A DNA stretch of 63,039 nucleotides, filler included, from Choristocarpus tenellus KU-1152 (taxonomy: Eukaryota > Protista > Phaeophyceae), in NCBI GenBank assembly GCA_964200185.2. It is 14 parts of 14 records of this genome, joined end to end, with 100 filler letters (N's around TTAATTAATTAA, not from the genome) between each part and the next. Parts side by side here need not be neighbours in the genome. Positions count along the whole stretch, not along the records: positions 9,352 to 14,315 come from CAXNAD020012351.1; positions 14,416 to 18,552 come from CAXNAD020016038.1; positions 18,653 to 21,754 come from CAXNAD020022308.1; positions 21,855 to 24,957 come from CAXNAD020022303.1; 10 more parts are not named here. The stretch is one strand, 5' to 3'. Position 1 is the first letter of the stretch. Each line of letters opens with the position of its first letter. The notes beneath the pieces are model-generated. The model was not told the DNA's origin. It saw only the letters and a list, made by a program, of their open reading frames with translations, and made no database searches. A program made the translations under genes and the position numbers. Positions 11,957 to 23,794 of the stretch are shown in pieces.

Positions 11957-13285
11957 AGAATGAGGACACACTTTAGAGTCTATTCCTACAGTTCCATAGC
12001 TGTAGAATGCTATTATATTTAAAAAAGATAAACAATGCACTGGAAGGTAAGGCAATGTATACGCGTAAGGACATGTACTTAAGAATCACTTTCCGTTGAC
12101 CCAACTCCCTTCCGTTCACGTTTCCTTCGGTGTACACACTCCCTTCCAAGCTTGAGGCCAAGTACTCTCATATCTACCAAATGTTTCTAAGTGAGTACTA
12201 GCTCAGATATTTTGGACTCAATCTTCCTATTGCTGTGCAACTTTGTCCTAAGCTCCAACCACAAGATAACAAATACATTTATTTATTTAACGAGGTATGA
12301 ATGTACAACATGCCACACCCAACATACAAAATGTCTATCCTTGATGTCTTTATCTCCCAAATGATCATATGTGTAAGCACACTCCGTAGTGGTGCTACTT
12401 GCATATCACGTGGGTAGTAGTTAGCTCTAGTGGAGGGATGTTTCTTGCGGTGAATAGAGACAGGGGAAAATGCTGTATAGAAAAAAAACAACGAGCTCTG
12501 TCCTCATTGAGCACATAGCATCGGAACTGATGAGGTGTTTGTCTGAAGATTTTCTCCAATAAAGGGGTTCATGCTGAGTGCACGGTTTGTTTGGCAGTCT
12601 CACTTGTGGATGGGGAGATGCAATGATGGTTTTGGGAGTGTCTTAGCCCTCAGTGCAATAATGCTATCGTTTTCTCTCACTTGCTTGGAAGTTGAATATG
12701 AGGGACTACATGGAGGCCTACCAGGAAGGTGATGGAGCAGTTTTAAATCTAACAAAAACGACACTAAAAGATAATGAGGGTTGTGTGAAAAGCTGATGAC
12801 TATATTGTTTGTATATTACCGACCAGCAAAATGTAGCCACATCATTTGATGGGGGGGGGGGGGTCGGTCGAAGATTAAATCCATTTGATTGGGGTGGTGT
12901 TTTTCTTCCTTTCTTAGGCCAGGNNNNNNNNNNGTTGTGGGAAAAGCTGGTGACTTTTTTGTTGGTATATGACCGACCAGAAAAATGTACCCCCCCCATT
13001 TGGGGGGGGGGGGGGGGGTCGGTCGAAGATTAAATCCATTTGATTGGTGTGGTGCTTCTCATCCTGTCTAAGGACAGGAATCATCCCCTGAAAAAAATAC
13101 TTTGAATTAAAGGAACTGTTTGCTACATGTAGTGCTACAGTATCAAACTGTGTCGTAGTTTCTTATGGGTCACTTGCAAATCACAAACGAGCGCACTCCA
13201 CCAGTCCTAGCCCATTGCAGCACTGAAAATGCTGATTTCGCTGCAGACTCGGAAAAGGGTCAAGGGTTATGGCTGGGGCACTGCT

Positions 13286-13393
13286 TCATGTATCGCGGTC
13301 TGCTGCCAATGGTATGACTCCTGCCCCATGTGATATTGATGTTGCATCCGCTGCATCTTGAGGGTTGTGTGGAGGTAGACTCATCGGGAAGGT
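13286..13393 (-). CDS. Unknown protein, putative terminal exon
   Basis: cag|TFPMSLPPHNPQD...ADRDT-TGA, in phase with exon 14080-14247. Confidence 0.45.
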   Translation of the reverse strand, partial: TFPMSLPPHNPQDAADATSISHGAGVIPLAADRDT

Positions 13394-13446
13394 CTGATGT
13401 TGAAGGTGCAGAGGGGACAGGCACACAGCAGGGCTAATGAGTATGT

Positions 13447-13629
13447 GGCTCAATGTATCTGGGGGGAGGGGGGGGGTTTACACCAGGGTGTCCATTTGGC
13501 CCCTGACCAGGAAAAGTGGACTTACATTATCCATCCAACACATGCAACCAAATCACCCAAAAATTGTGACATGAAAAAATGGGCCCCAAATGGACAGCCG
13601 CCACTCCCCCCCCCCAGATACTTTGAGCC
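13447..13629 (+). mobile_element. MITE family B, complete
   Basis: TIRs GGCTCAAtGTATCTGGGGGG / CCCCCCAGATACTTTGAGCC; TSD ATGT on both sides. Confidence 0.9.
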
Positions 13630-13836
13630 ATGTGGTCGATGACAAATTGAGACATTTTCCCCATGAGCACCTACACATCATCCTCATTAAGATGGTAGTG
13701 GGTGTATTGTAGGGACTCAATGAAAAGTGTTGCTGTATCATATAATTGCTGATGACATGACTGAAGAAAGGAGGTGCACAATCCAAAGTGTTGGATCCTA
13801 GTGGAAAAAGCGCATTTTTAGCGCTATAGCATCACA

Positions 13837-13869
<33 letters not shown>

Positions 13870-14079
13870 GAACTGTTGTGGTAGCATCAGGTGTTAGAGT
13901 GTAACAACACAATTCATTCTGGTACTACTATGACAGCTATAATTCAACCTCCTGCAGTCTTTCGAGGTTGTTGAAGTAGTGGCTGTGACGGCATGTATCA
14001 CAGGCCTTGCCACACACAACATAATTGTATGGAGTATCCGTTATTGCTTGATGCTAGAATTATCTATGGCCTCGCTTAC

Positions 14080-14247
14080 CTTAGAGTATAGAAGTGTTAG
14101 GACCCTCTGCTGAGAAAGAAGTAGCTCTATTGTGTGCTCCCGGTCCTGTTTTGTGAAGTTGGTAACTGTGACTGCAGTTGCTTGCTTGGACTCCAAAGTA
14201 GTTCCTTTGGGAGTTTGAACCGTGCTATTCTGCTTGGCCATCAACTG
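14080..14247 (-). CDS. Unknown protein, putative internal exon
   Basis: tag|(Q)LMAKQNST...IELLLSQQRVLTLLYSK|gtaagc; strong donor, TAGCAG tandem acceptor. Confidence 0.5.
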
Positions 14248-14795
14248 CTATATCCATTGAATGCAGACCGATTGAATGTAAAGAGGGGGGGGGTGAGATG
14301 AGAGGGGGCTGCAGGNNNNNNNNNNNNNNNNNNNNNNNNNNNNNNNNNNNNNNNNNNNNTTAATTAATTAANNNNNNNNNNNNNNNNNNNNNNNNNNNNN
14401 NNNNNNNNNNNNNNNGGGTCAGCACCTCCCTTGGGGCTGTCTCCATCTACAGTAGTTTACAGTGATGTGCAATGCCCCCACGCACTAACCCTAACCCTAA
14501 CCCTAACCCCAACCCCAACTTTCCTTAACGTGCTGCCGATTATTGCCAGGCACTACTATTAGACAATAAATATCAAAGCTGAGCAAATAATGTCCATGTA
14601 CAAATTTCCTGAAAAGTGTTGATACTTGTACCTCTACACTACAAGCCCCACCAGCACTACATTGGGGAAAGGGAAGCACCCGATGGACTACTACTTCAGA
14701 CCATACACCACAGAGGTCATAATGAACAAGGAAAAACAAATTGCACACACACACACACACATACGCCTCTGCTCATTAGAAAGTCCTTCATTCCA

Positions 14796-14839
<44 letters not shown>

Positions 14840-15064
14840 ACCCCCCCCCAAAAAAAAAAAAAAAAAAACAACTTACACCCCCCCCCAACAAAANNNNNNN
14901 NNNCCGCTACTCGTTATACAGCCCTGCCTCCCGGGCCCCCCCCCCCCTCCCCCCCACCCCCCACTGTTCTCACAACATGCCCAACAAAACAAAAAATAAA
15001 AAGCTGATTATACCTCCACTGTGAACAATACTCAAGCATTACTGTGCTGTACAGCAGCCCTTAC

Positions 15065-15226
15065 CTGGTAGACAGTGGGTCGGTGGTAGCACCAGTTCTC
15101 CATGAACTGGGAAGGCAGTTCCACAGCATCCCACTCCACACCGTTAATCCCTGCGCAGTCCCCATCCTCCACCTTGGTGAGCATGTGCTGCAGCCCATGG
15201 CCGAACTCATGGAATAGAGTCTCCAC
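15065..15226 (-). CDS. Oligopeptidase A (peptidase M3), catalytic exon
   Basis: [17 protein letters not shown]...[16 protein letters not shown] (HExxH plus downstream Glu). Confidence 0.95.
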
Positions 15227-16462
15227 CTTGTGGTCGATTGTATCAATCAGAAAATCACACCATCAGTTATCACTGACTACGAGCAACACCAATCAGAGTC
15301 AATCAGAGTCAACCAAAGGAAAGGCCGTGAGAAAAAGGCTTCACCTTCACATCAGATTTAACCATCTCGCAATCTTACACTTGAAATTTTTTAAAAAAAT
15401 CAATAAATAAAAAAAGGACCCCGCCCCCCCATAGTAGTAACCCACAGCGTACTGATGTTAGCATCTCAGATTTAAAAAAAAATCCTTTTCAACAGACAGG
15501 GCGTATGTGTGGCTTCTGTACGTGTCCAAATCATCCACAAAAGTTATTACATGTACTCCTGAGAACAACACAGGAGACATGGAAATAATAATAATAATAA
15601 TAATAACATCTACAGTGGACCGGTTCGTCCTGTACAGTATCATCCCTCATTCTCTGCAGAGTTTTTCATAATATACAGCAAGGCATTTCAATGTGTCCCC
15701 CTATTCAACAAAAGCCCAGGAAAATTGGAGGGTGTACTTTCCCCCCCCAACAACAGTACAAAAAAGGTATATATTAGGGTTAGGTTTTATACAAAATAGT
15801 CAGGAGCACCATTGGTCCAGTCCACTACGCATTGCTTCTTCCACATTGAACCTGAACAAACAGGACTCAAGTTATGCCTCCTTATCACCACACTGGTGCA
15901 GAGAGCAACGCCTCCCCCTGGTATAGAGGGAGACCATTGGTTGTGAAAATAACTGCATTGTACAACCAATACAGAACCCCCCCCGTTTAGCAGCTATCAC
16001 ATGCACACATAATACCATAATCCATTCCAACACCATACTTCCTCCAAAGCTATTGGATCGAACAGTAACTACTTCTCAAAATCAAAACTACACAACTGTA
16101 GTACATCAACAAAGAGAGTCAGCGTTTGCACCACTTCCTCCACAAAATATAACATAAAAATATATATATATATATATATAATTTTTTAAAAGACAGAAAA
16201 AAAGTTGGAAGAAAAGCAAAAAAATAAATAAATGAGAAAATATGCAAATAAGAACTAATATTAAAAAATAACTCACTACTACTGTTGCACAGAAACATGC
16301 AAACAGAAAAACACTACAAAGACGCCATCTCTCTTTTACCAACTCTACCATCACGTGTTCCTTCCCCCTCCCCCCCCAACAGCATCTCTCTCTACACACA
16401 TCCAACTACATAAACATATGCACACGCATCATTCTCCTCAAAAAACAAAAGAAAATTCATAC

Positions 16463-16662
16463 CTCTCTGAAGGTCATGAGGCTTGGTGTGTCTCCAATCG
16501 GTGGCGATCCATTGCACGTGAGGTAGGCTACAGGGCGACGGCCCAGAGCCTTACTGCGGCCCAGACACACGCCCATCCATGCACCGCCTCTCTTGTTCTC
16601 AGGTCTGGAGTATGGATCGAGGTAGAAGCTAGCTACTCTCTCGCCTCTCTTGTTCTCAGGTT
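16463..16662 (-). CDS. Oligopeptidase A, internal exon
   Basis: [20 protein letters not shown]...PVAYLTCN...PSLMTFRE|gtatg; exact acceptor uncertain. Confidence 0.9.
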
Positions 16663-16851
16663 CTGGTGGTGGCCGGTTTGGTTCAGAGAGCCGCACACGC
16701 ATGCACGCAGATTTTTTTTTAATTGAAAAGAAAACACACACACACACACACACAACAACAAAGATTTTTTTTGTTGGAAGGTGTACTTTGACAATCTCTG
16801 ACAAAAGAATGGAAATGGTTTAAATTGATTTAGGTATCATCCATTCACATC

Positions 16852-16900
<49 letters not shown>

Positions 16901-17810
16901 NNNNNNNNNNTTCCTTTTCATTTTTGGGTGGGGGGTGGTGGTGGGTGGGGGGGGGGGGGGGGGGGGGGGGGGAAAAGGGGAATATCATAAAAAAAAAACA
17001 CAAGTGTGAGGCGAAAAAAAAAAATCTAATATTAATTTTAAAGAAAGACGTTTTCAACATTACAAAAGGATATCATTTGCACACAGACTACCCGATTTAT
17101 ATTTTCACAAAAACGCCTGTCTTCGACAAACAAAACCCTCCAAGTGAGAAAAAGAAACTCGGTACCCAAATTACCTCTAGTGACCCTGTCCAATCGTGGC
17201 ATTAAAAAAAGGGACGGTCAAATCTGTTAGAACGACGAGAACAGCTCTGAAATTTTGAAATTTTCACCTCAGAAAAAGGTGAAAAATAAATGAATAAATA
17301 TATAGTAAATTTTTTTAATACCATAATAAAAAAAGAAAACGCGGATCCATGTTTGTTCTCACACTACCCGCGACTCATTGCAGCACACTTCACCGGCTAT
17401 ATCGTACAGTGTCTACTCCACACTTTCAATGCACTTCTCCAAAAATAAAGAATAAACAAAGACCTTCCAGACCAAAAAACACACTCAAAGTAAAATAGTA
17501 AAAAACACAACACTGTCTTCTTCTGCGCATACACCACTCCCTCTGGACTACGTCCACTCCAAAACACTCAGAATAATAAAATAATATCCAAGATGCACCG
17601 CAATAGAAAAAATAATAACGAAACAAATCAATCCAGAAAATAAGAAAAAAACACAATAAAATAAAAATAAAAGAGTGTGACCAACAACAACAGGACTCTC
17701 GTGTCCATCTGTTGTCTGTCATTTCTCACCTGTCATATCTGTCATTTCTCACCTGTCATACCTGTCATTTCTCACCTCTCTCATCCCTCATCTCCTTTCC
17801 CCTCACTCAC

Positions 17811-18010
17811 CTCCAGAGACAGCGTCATTCACATGGAAGAAACAAACATCCTCGTGCCAAACCTCAGCATCTCCATCGGCGGGACTGATCTCAACCCCAA
17901 ACAACCGTGACGCAAGACCAAACATGCCCTTAAGCACCTCCGGCAAAGGAAAATATGGCCGAAGCTCCTCCTCGCTGAAGGAGTATAGTTCCTCCTTACG
18001 CCGCTCAGAC
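17811..18010 (-). CDS. Oligopeptidase A, internal exon
   Basis: SERRKEELYSFSEEELRPYFPLPEVLKGMFGLASRLFGV...VWHEDV; donor gtgag. Confidence 0.93.
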
Positions 18011-18747
18011 CTTTTGTCACAGAAAAAATAGATACAGTCCCCCCCCCCCCCCAGCCCCGCCCCGCCCCGCCCCGCCCCATTTAAGGGTTTTTTCATAGAG
18101 ACGTTTTTTAGATAGAGCATTTCAATTAAAAAAAAGGGTTTCAGAATTTTGCAGGCGGTGTGGTAAGAGTTGTAAGAACGAAGCTGCCGTTGAAGGTGTA
18201 TGTGGAATTGGTTATAATCGTGAAAGGCAAACAGCAGTGCCTAATCTTGGAATGTTGAAATGTTGTGTGCCACACTCTAGCAGAATTATTCCAAAAATTT
18301 TACAGATTTGTTGGCGACTGCCTGGTGGGGGCTATATATTCTTTTACTTCAAAAAAAAATCAGTAGGGTAAAAGAAGGATGGAAGGCGAGAGAGGAGCAG
18401 GCAGGAGTAAGCATGGAATAAGCAAGGAGCGCTATTTATAGGTGAAGCAGAGAAGGTGATACAATAGCGCACTAACAGTGTGTGGGGGGTGGGTGGGTGG
18501 TTGGTGGGGGGTAGGTGAGGTGGGGGGATAAAACCCCCAAAGGGTTCTATTGNNNNNNNNNNNNNNNNNNNNNNNNNNNNNNNNNNNNNNNNNNNNTTAA
18601 TTAATTAANNNNNNNNNNNNNNNNNNNNNNNNNNNNNNNNNNNNNNNNNNNNCTCTTTTGACCCTAACCTATCCCCCATAGTTTTTATTTTTATTTTTGA
18701 TTACAGGGTTTGGGGGGGGGGGGGAATAAAAATATAGAGAAACCAAG

Positions 18748-18942
18748 GCCTTGGCAAGGGCTGGCCTGCGCAACCCAGCCACAGTATCAGTTGCAGTACG
18801 GTCCAGGTTCTGCGCCGGTACCTCTGGGGGTGGGGGTGGTGCCAGTGGGGGAGGTACGCAGGCAACGCCGACATCTCTAGAAAACTTTTACACAATATGC
18901 CCTGCAGAAGAGAAGCTGGGGCAGCTCTTGTCCTTCCTGAAG
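18748..18942 (+). CDS. DDX55: DEAD-box RNA helicase DDX55/Spb4-like, exon
   Basis: ALARAGLRNP...TPTSLENFYTICPAEEKLGQLLSFLK|gtatg; RAGLRNP and TPxxL are typical of Spb4/DDX55. Confidence 0.82.
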
Positions 18943-19394
18943 GTATGTATGAGTGTGTTGTTGGTGTTGATATGTACTGTAATATTGTTGAGGTTGTCAA
19001 TGGTTGTCAATGCTTTGTGCTTTGTCCCTCTGTGTAGGCGAGGGCGTGATATCACGAGCAGGTCTGTTTCGCTGACATTGTTGATGCTTGTATGTCCCAT
19101 TTGAAGTACAGAATCGTGTAGGTCAGATATGGGTATACAGCACATGTACCTAACGTTGGAGTGAAATGTTCTAGATGGACTCTCTCGTTGGGCAGGTCAT
19201 TGACCAAGTCTGGAAAATTAGTCCCCTTAGGTAAATGCAGTAGGAAAAAATGAAGGATGGCAAAGGGGAATGACAATGCTCTTGATGTTGTGTTTGTAGC
19301 ACGATTGGTTTACTGTGTCGTCGTATCGTCCTACAGACTAATTAACATTATTGGCAGTCCTGTCTCTTGCACTGGTGGTTGCTGTACAGTACTT

Positions 19395-19640
19395 TTCTGT
19401 ACTGTACTGGTCTTTACTGTACTGTACCGGTCCTTACTGCATTGTATTGGTCCCTACTGTACTGTACTGGTCCTTACTGCATTGTATTGGTCCCTACTGT
19501 ACTGTACTGGTCCTTACTGTACTGTACCGGTCCTTACTGCACTGTATTGGTCCCTACTGTACTGTACTGGTCCTTACTGCACTGTATTGGTCCCTACTCT
19601 ACTATACTGGTCCTTGCTGTACCCTACTACACTGGTACCC
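19395..19640. repeat. Minisatellite, about 20-bp unit (TACTGTACTGTACTGGTCC[C/T])
   Basis: About 12 tandem units inside an intron. Confidence 0.9.
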
Positions 19641-19815
19641 TATACTCTTATGAGGGCAATGCCTATATTAACATTGAAGATAATGATACTTGGTGTAGAA
19701 GGAAAAAATAGAATATTAGTACTTGAACCATTTTATAGGATTGATAAATCAAGGTCTCTATATAGTTCTACAGGTGTTGGTCTAGGTCTTGCTATCACCA
19801 AAGAAATAGTAAAAT
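19641..19815 (+). pseudogene. Bacterial sensor histidine kinase HATPase_c fragment (EnvZ-like), intronic
   Basis: YINIEDND / LGV...LVLEPFYRIDKSRSLYSSTGVGLGLAITKEIV: G1, F and G2 boxes with a frameshift; AT-rich. Confidence 0.8.
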
Positions 19816-21222
19816 ATTCAAAGGTTTACTTGTTAAAATCCAAGTACCTGTTAAGAAATAGTAGAACGCAAAAAAGTCAAACAACTAACCCTAACCCTAA
19901 CCATATGGTTCTGTGTATACTGGTACTTTGTGGTACTGTACTGTAGTGGATTGGGGTTTCTCATCCAGAACCGGACCTTGACTGCATGTATTTTGAAGTA
20001 CCTGTTTGTAGTTTATACTCGTGGAGTATTATTGTATACATAAAGTTCAGAGTAGATGAAACTGTCTTGAAGGTAGTATATGTCTTCTACTTGAACCGGG
20101 CTAGGGTTAGGGGTCGGATTATGGGTCAGGGATAACTAGGTTAGATTCATGCTACACAACCTCTGACTGGCTTTTAAAAAAAAAAAATGTTGTATCTCTT
20201 TGTACCTTCACTGTGACACGCACTACTGTGAGGGGAAGAAGTAGAAGATGGAATAATTTTTTTGATCATTCATTGGAAAAATAGATAATCTTGTAGGATG
20301 GGGATGGGATAGTGGCGCATTCTTTCCTTTGAAGGGATTGATGTAACAACTTTTGTGTAATATCACTGTTTAGTTTTGTGGGGCTAGTTTGTGTTGTAGT
20401 GTTCTTCAATAATAAATAGACTTTTTTTTATTCTTTACCTTGATCGTTTTTTTCTCATCTCATTATTTTGTAGAATAGTACATGTGAAGAATCTGTACCA
20501 GTACCAATACCAGAATGTTCAAGACGTAGAACTGATGAAACAGGAACCCTAATGCCCTGGACCATACTTGGAGTGTTCCACGTTTTCCCCTTTCTGGTGA
20601 CGCAATGGGGAACCCTGTGACCAACTTCATGGTTCTGTGCATTTCTAGTCACACACTCAAGGAACCAAAATCAAAGCCAAAACAAAAATATGTGTTAAAA
20701 TATTTGTTCTGCTGTGAAAATTTCCCCGTGATGTGTGCACCCCCTGTGGCTAGCACAACGGGGAACATTTTTTCTAGAAGTGAATTGGACATGTGCTGTG
20801 GTGGAGTTAAGTTAGTGAACACCCTGCACATCAAGTTCGTTTCAATCGGCAAGTTAGGGAACCTTTCCGCCAATAGAATTGCTTGGGCTTTTCATGGTGA
20901 GCCAATGACTGACTGCCCTTGATATTCTACAAAAAAAAAAAAAAAAAAAGTGTTCCCATTCAGTCGGCTCGAGAGAAAAAAAAAATGGTGATGTGGTGGC
21001 TTGCGTAACTGTCACCCTGACCGAGCGAATGGCGTGTCCATCCTTGATGACCTTGCCTGCAATGTTCCCCTTCAATCGATTTGAGAGGGAACTAACTGTT
21101 TTATGGTGTGTCACACCTAGCCAATGAGTGCCCTGCTGGGGGACGTTTCCCAGAGGTAATTCATCCCCCCTCCAATGTGTCGACATGATAGATTTGGACA
21201 TGAAATGAAAAGATATGACGTG

Positions 21223-21270
21223 GGGTCAAAGTATTTGGGGGGGGGGTGCCGGCGTCCGTTTTTGACCCTT
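21223..21270 (+). mobile_element. MITE family C, terminal fragment
   Basis: GGGTCAAAGTATTTGGGG...CGTCCGTTTTTGACCCTT; reverse-complement match to 45577-45628. Confidence 0.65.
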
Positions 21271-21345
21271 GACGTGACAAGATGTGATGTGATGTGATGT
21301 GACCCCTTAGGAACGTATTTTTGTTTTTGTTTTTTAAATTGTCAG

Positions 21346-21498
21346 GGCAAACAGGGCGAAAAGATGATGATGTTCTTGATGACCTGTGCCAGCGTGGACT
21401 TCTTCACCAAGGTGTTGTCTCAGCTCAAGGTGGTGAAGGACATGGGTTTGATGGTGGAGGGCCTGCACGGGAGGATGGTACAGAAGAAGAGGACTGCG
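21346..21498 (+). CDS. DDX55: DEAD-box RNA helicase DDX55/Spb4-like, exon
   Basis: cag|GKQGEKMMMFLMTCASVDFF...GLHGRMVQKKRTA|gtgag; the FxTCAxVDFF motif is typical of DDX55. Confidence 0.88.
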
Positions 21499-21854
21499 GT
21501 GAGATGGGATCTCTAGCTAGTGAGATCTTTGGCAGATTGTTTGTTGTCCCCAGCAGTGACAGTCATGGATTGGGTTGGATACGACGAGTGTTCTGTTGTT
21601 GTTTTTTTACCTCTCTCCCTTCTGTTTCACTGCACGTTATAAATATATAATATTGTATGTGTATACATACATATTAAAATGAGCATAGTGTACATTTAGA
21701 TACACAAAAAGTGTGTGTGTGTGTTTTTTTTTTCAACTTCTGGGGGTTTTGCTGNNNNNNNNNNNNNNNNNNNNNNNNNNNNNNNNNNNNNNNNNNNNTT
21801 AATTAATTAANNNNNNNNNNNNNNNNNNNNNNNNNNNNNNNNNNNNNNNNNNNN

Positions 21855-21923
21855 CAAATATCGTAAGATGAAAAAAATGGCCCCAATTGGACATCGGCCA
21901 CCCCCTCCCATATACTCTGAGCC
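21855..21923 (+). mobile_element. MITE family B, right-end fragment
   Basis: Diverged match to the 3' end of 13447-13629; cut by the contig start. Confidence 0.65.
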
Positions 21924-21929
21924 AGATTC

Positions 21930-22685
21930 TTGGGATGCTTCCCTAGCTCCTTGCCCAGGGATGTAGGGCTAAGCTAGGTTGGAGGCATAGAAAGGGAGTG
22001 GGGTAGCATAGACGGTAGTAAAATAGTAAATAGAAGATAGCAAATATCTTTCACATTTACAACAACCGCTACTTTTTCAGGGGTTGTGCTGATATTTTAT
22101 TGAATTTTCATTGTTTTTTCCCCTGACACATCTACAAAATGTCAGAGGGCATAATAATATAATATATTTCATGCACATGCTATAGGGTTCTTTTGACCTT
22201 CGTAGCTTTAACCTCAACACCTTTGCAGTAGATGTTTTGGGCGCCTCGGTTAAGCAAGCAGAACGTTTTCTGGATGAGTTGACTACGCACGCAGTAGGGG
22301 GAGGAGGGGTGGGAGGCTAGAGTGGAAAGGAGCTGTCAAATCCCGTTTACGACAATGTCTGTCACAAAAAAAGTGACTCTATCTAGACGTGTCATGCGTA
22401 TTGAGCTGGAGACACCAAGGAGATGGGCAAGGGGAGGCCTGTCACATTGTTGGGATGCTTCCCTAGCTCCTCGCCTGGGGGTGTAGGGCTAAGCTAGGTT
22501 AGAGGCATAGGAGGGGAGTGGGGTAGCATAGTCGGTAGTAAAATAGTAAACAGATAGCAAAATATATTTCACATTTACAACAACTGTTACTTTTTCGGGG
22601 GTTGTTCGGATATTAAATTGGATTTTCATTGGATTTTCCCCTGACAAATCTGGAAAATGTTAGAGGGCATAATAATAAAATAATA
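21930..22685. repeat. About 235-bp direct repeat pair (21930-22165 / 22450-22685)
   Basis: Both copies begin TTGGGATGCTTCCCTAGCTCC and end ...AGAGGGCATAATAAT. Confidence 0.88.
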
Positions 22686-22746
22686 CAAACATATTACTAT
22701 ATGGTATGTAATCACTGGTATGAATATCACTGGTGGTGGGTCAATT

Positions 22747-22944
22747 GGGGTTCTTATGATATTGGAGTGACTTTTCCCCTGTCACACCTCCAAAATGTGA
22801 GGGGGCATAACAACATAAAATAATTGAGGTGTGGAACCTCTCCAGGGGGTTCTTATGATATTGGAGTGGCTTTTCCCCTGTCACACCTCCAAAATGTGAG
22901 GGGGCATAACAACATAATATAATTGAGGTGTGGAACCTCTCCAG
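22747..22944. repeat. Tandem duplication, about 99-bp unit x2
   Basis: GGGGTTCTTATGATATTGGAGTG...GGAACCTCTCCAG occurs twice. Confidence 0.9.
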
Positions 22945-23601
22945 AGACCAATCCTGGAAGTAATGGACTTCTCTTCCACTAGACATGTCACACATCAAAG
23001 ATTCTATTTGTTTTCACATCCTGACTCTTGTGTTCTAATAAGATTCTCATCACTCCACAATTTTCTGCAAATCCTTGCAGTCTTGCACTTGTCCAACCTT
23101 AACCTCGTCCTCTCGATTACGCTTCGTCTTGGTTTGTCTTGCTTGGTGATTCTCTTCACCACCGTTGCCTGAATTAACCATGTCACCACAGAATCACATT
23201 ATTCATGTTGGCGACACAGGTGAGATTTGAAGTCATGTGTGCGAAGCACACAAACCTAGCAATGTCAAATTGTCAAAAATGCTAGTCAAAACTTTATTGA
23301 CATCGAATAGGGTCTCGTCATATTCCCATTTGAATATCCTCTGTTTATAGGCCGGACAGAAGTGGGTCGTCACCGAGCAGGGGAAGCAAGCCTGACCAGG
23401 TCCTCAGCTCACTCGTCGATATATCCACCTGTGACAGCCCATCCGGTTGACGGGTCAATATCACGACCCTTGGATCTTCCGCATCATGCAGAGACCCCGG
23501 CTACACCCTATCATCATGTTGATGTACAGCAAAGTAGTGCGTGCCAGTACCCTGGTTGCCAGGCAATGACTTGTGAGGGTCACTGGACCCATTCGTACCT
23601 A

Positions 23602-23772
23602 GACTTTTCCTACTCCGAAAATTTCGGAGTAGGTAAATGTGTACGTTATGAAAAGGTGTATTCGGAACAAGGATATTGACACTTCCTAACAAACACGATA
23701 GCCAAAATTACATCAAAATCACAACATTAGATTTTGGCCCCCAAACGGACGTGGCCCTATCCTCTAAGATAC
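23602..23772 (+). mobile_element. MITE family A, 5'-truncated copy
   Basis: Has the internal hairpin and the right end of the family A consensus. Confidence 0.85.
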
Positions 23773-23794
23773 CATGAATCCTTTGCGAATGGTT

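Noticed and set aside
12820-13075. Direct repeat either side of a 10-N gap
   Set aside because: Overlapping low-quality contig ends with poly-G; likely scaffolding artefact
14797-14960. Long poly-C/poly-A tracts and proline-rich ORFs
   Set aside because: Next to gaps and typical of degraded read ends; not credible coding sequence
19257-19946. 229-aa ORF as a real gene
   Set aside because: Mostly minisatellite read-through inside an intron; only the kinase fragment is meaningful
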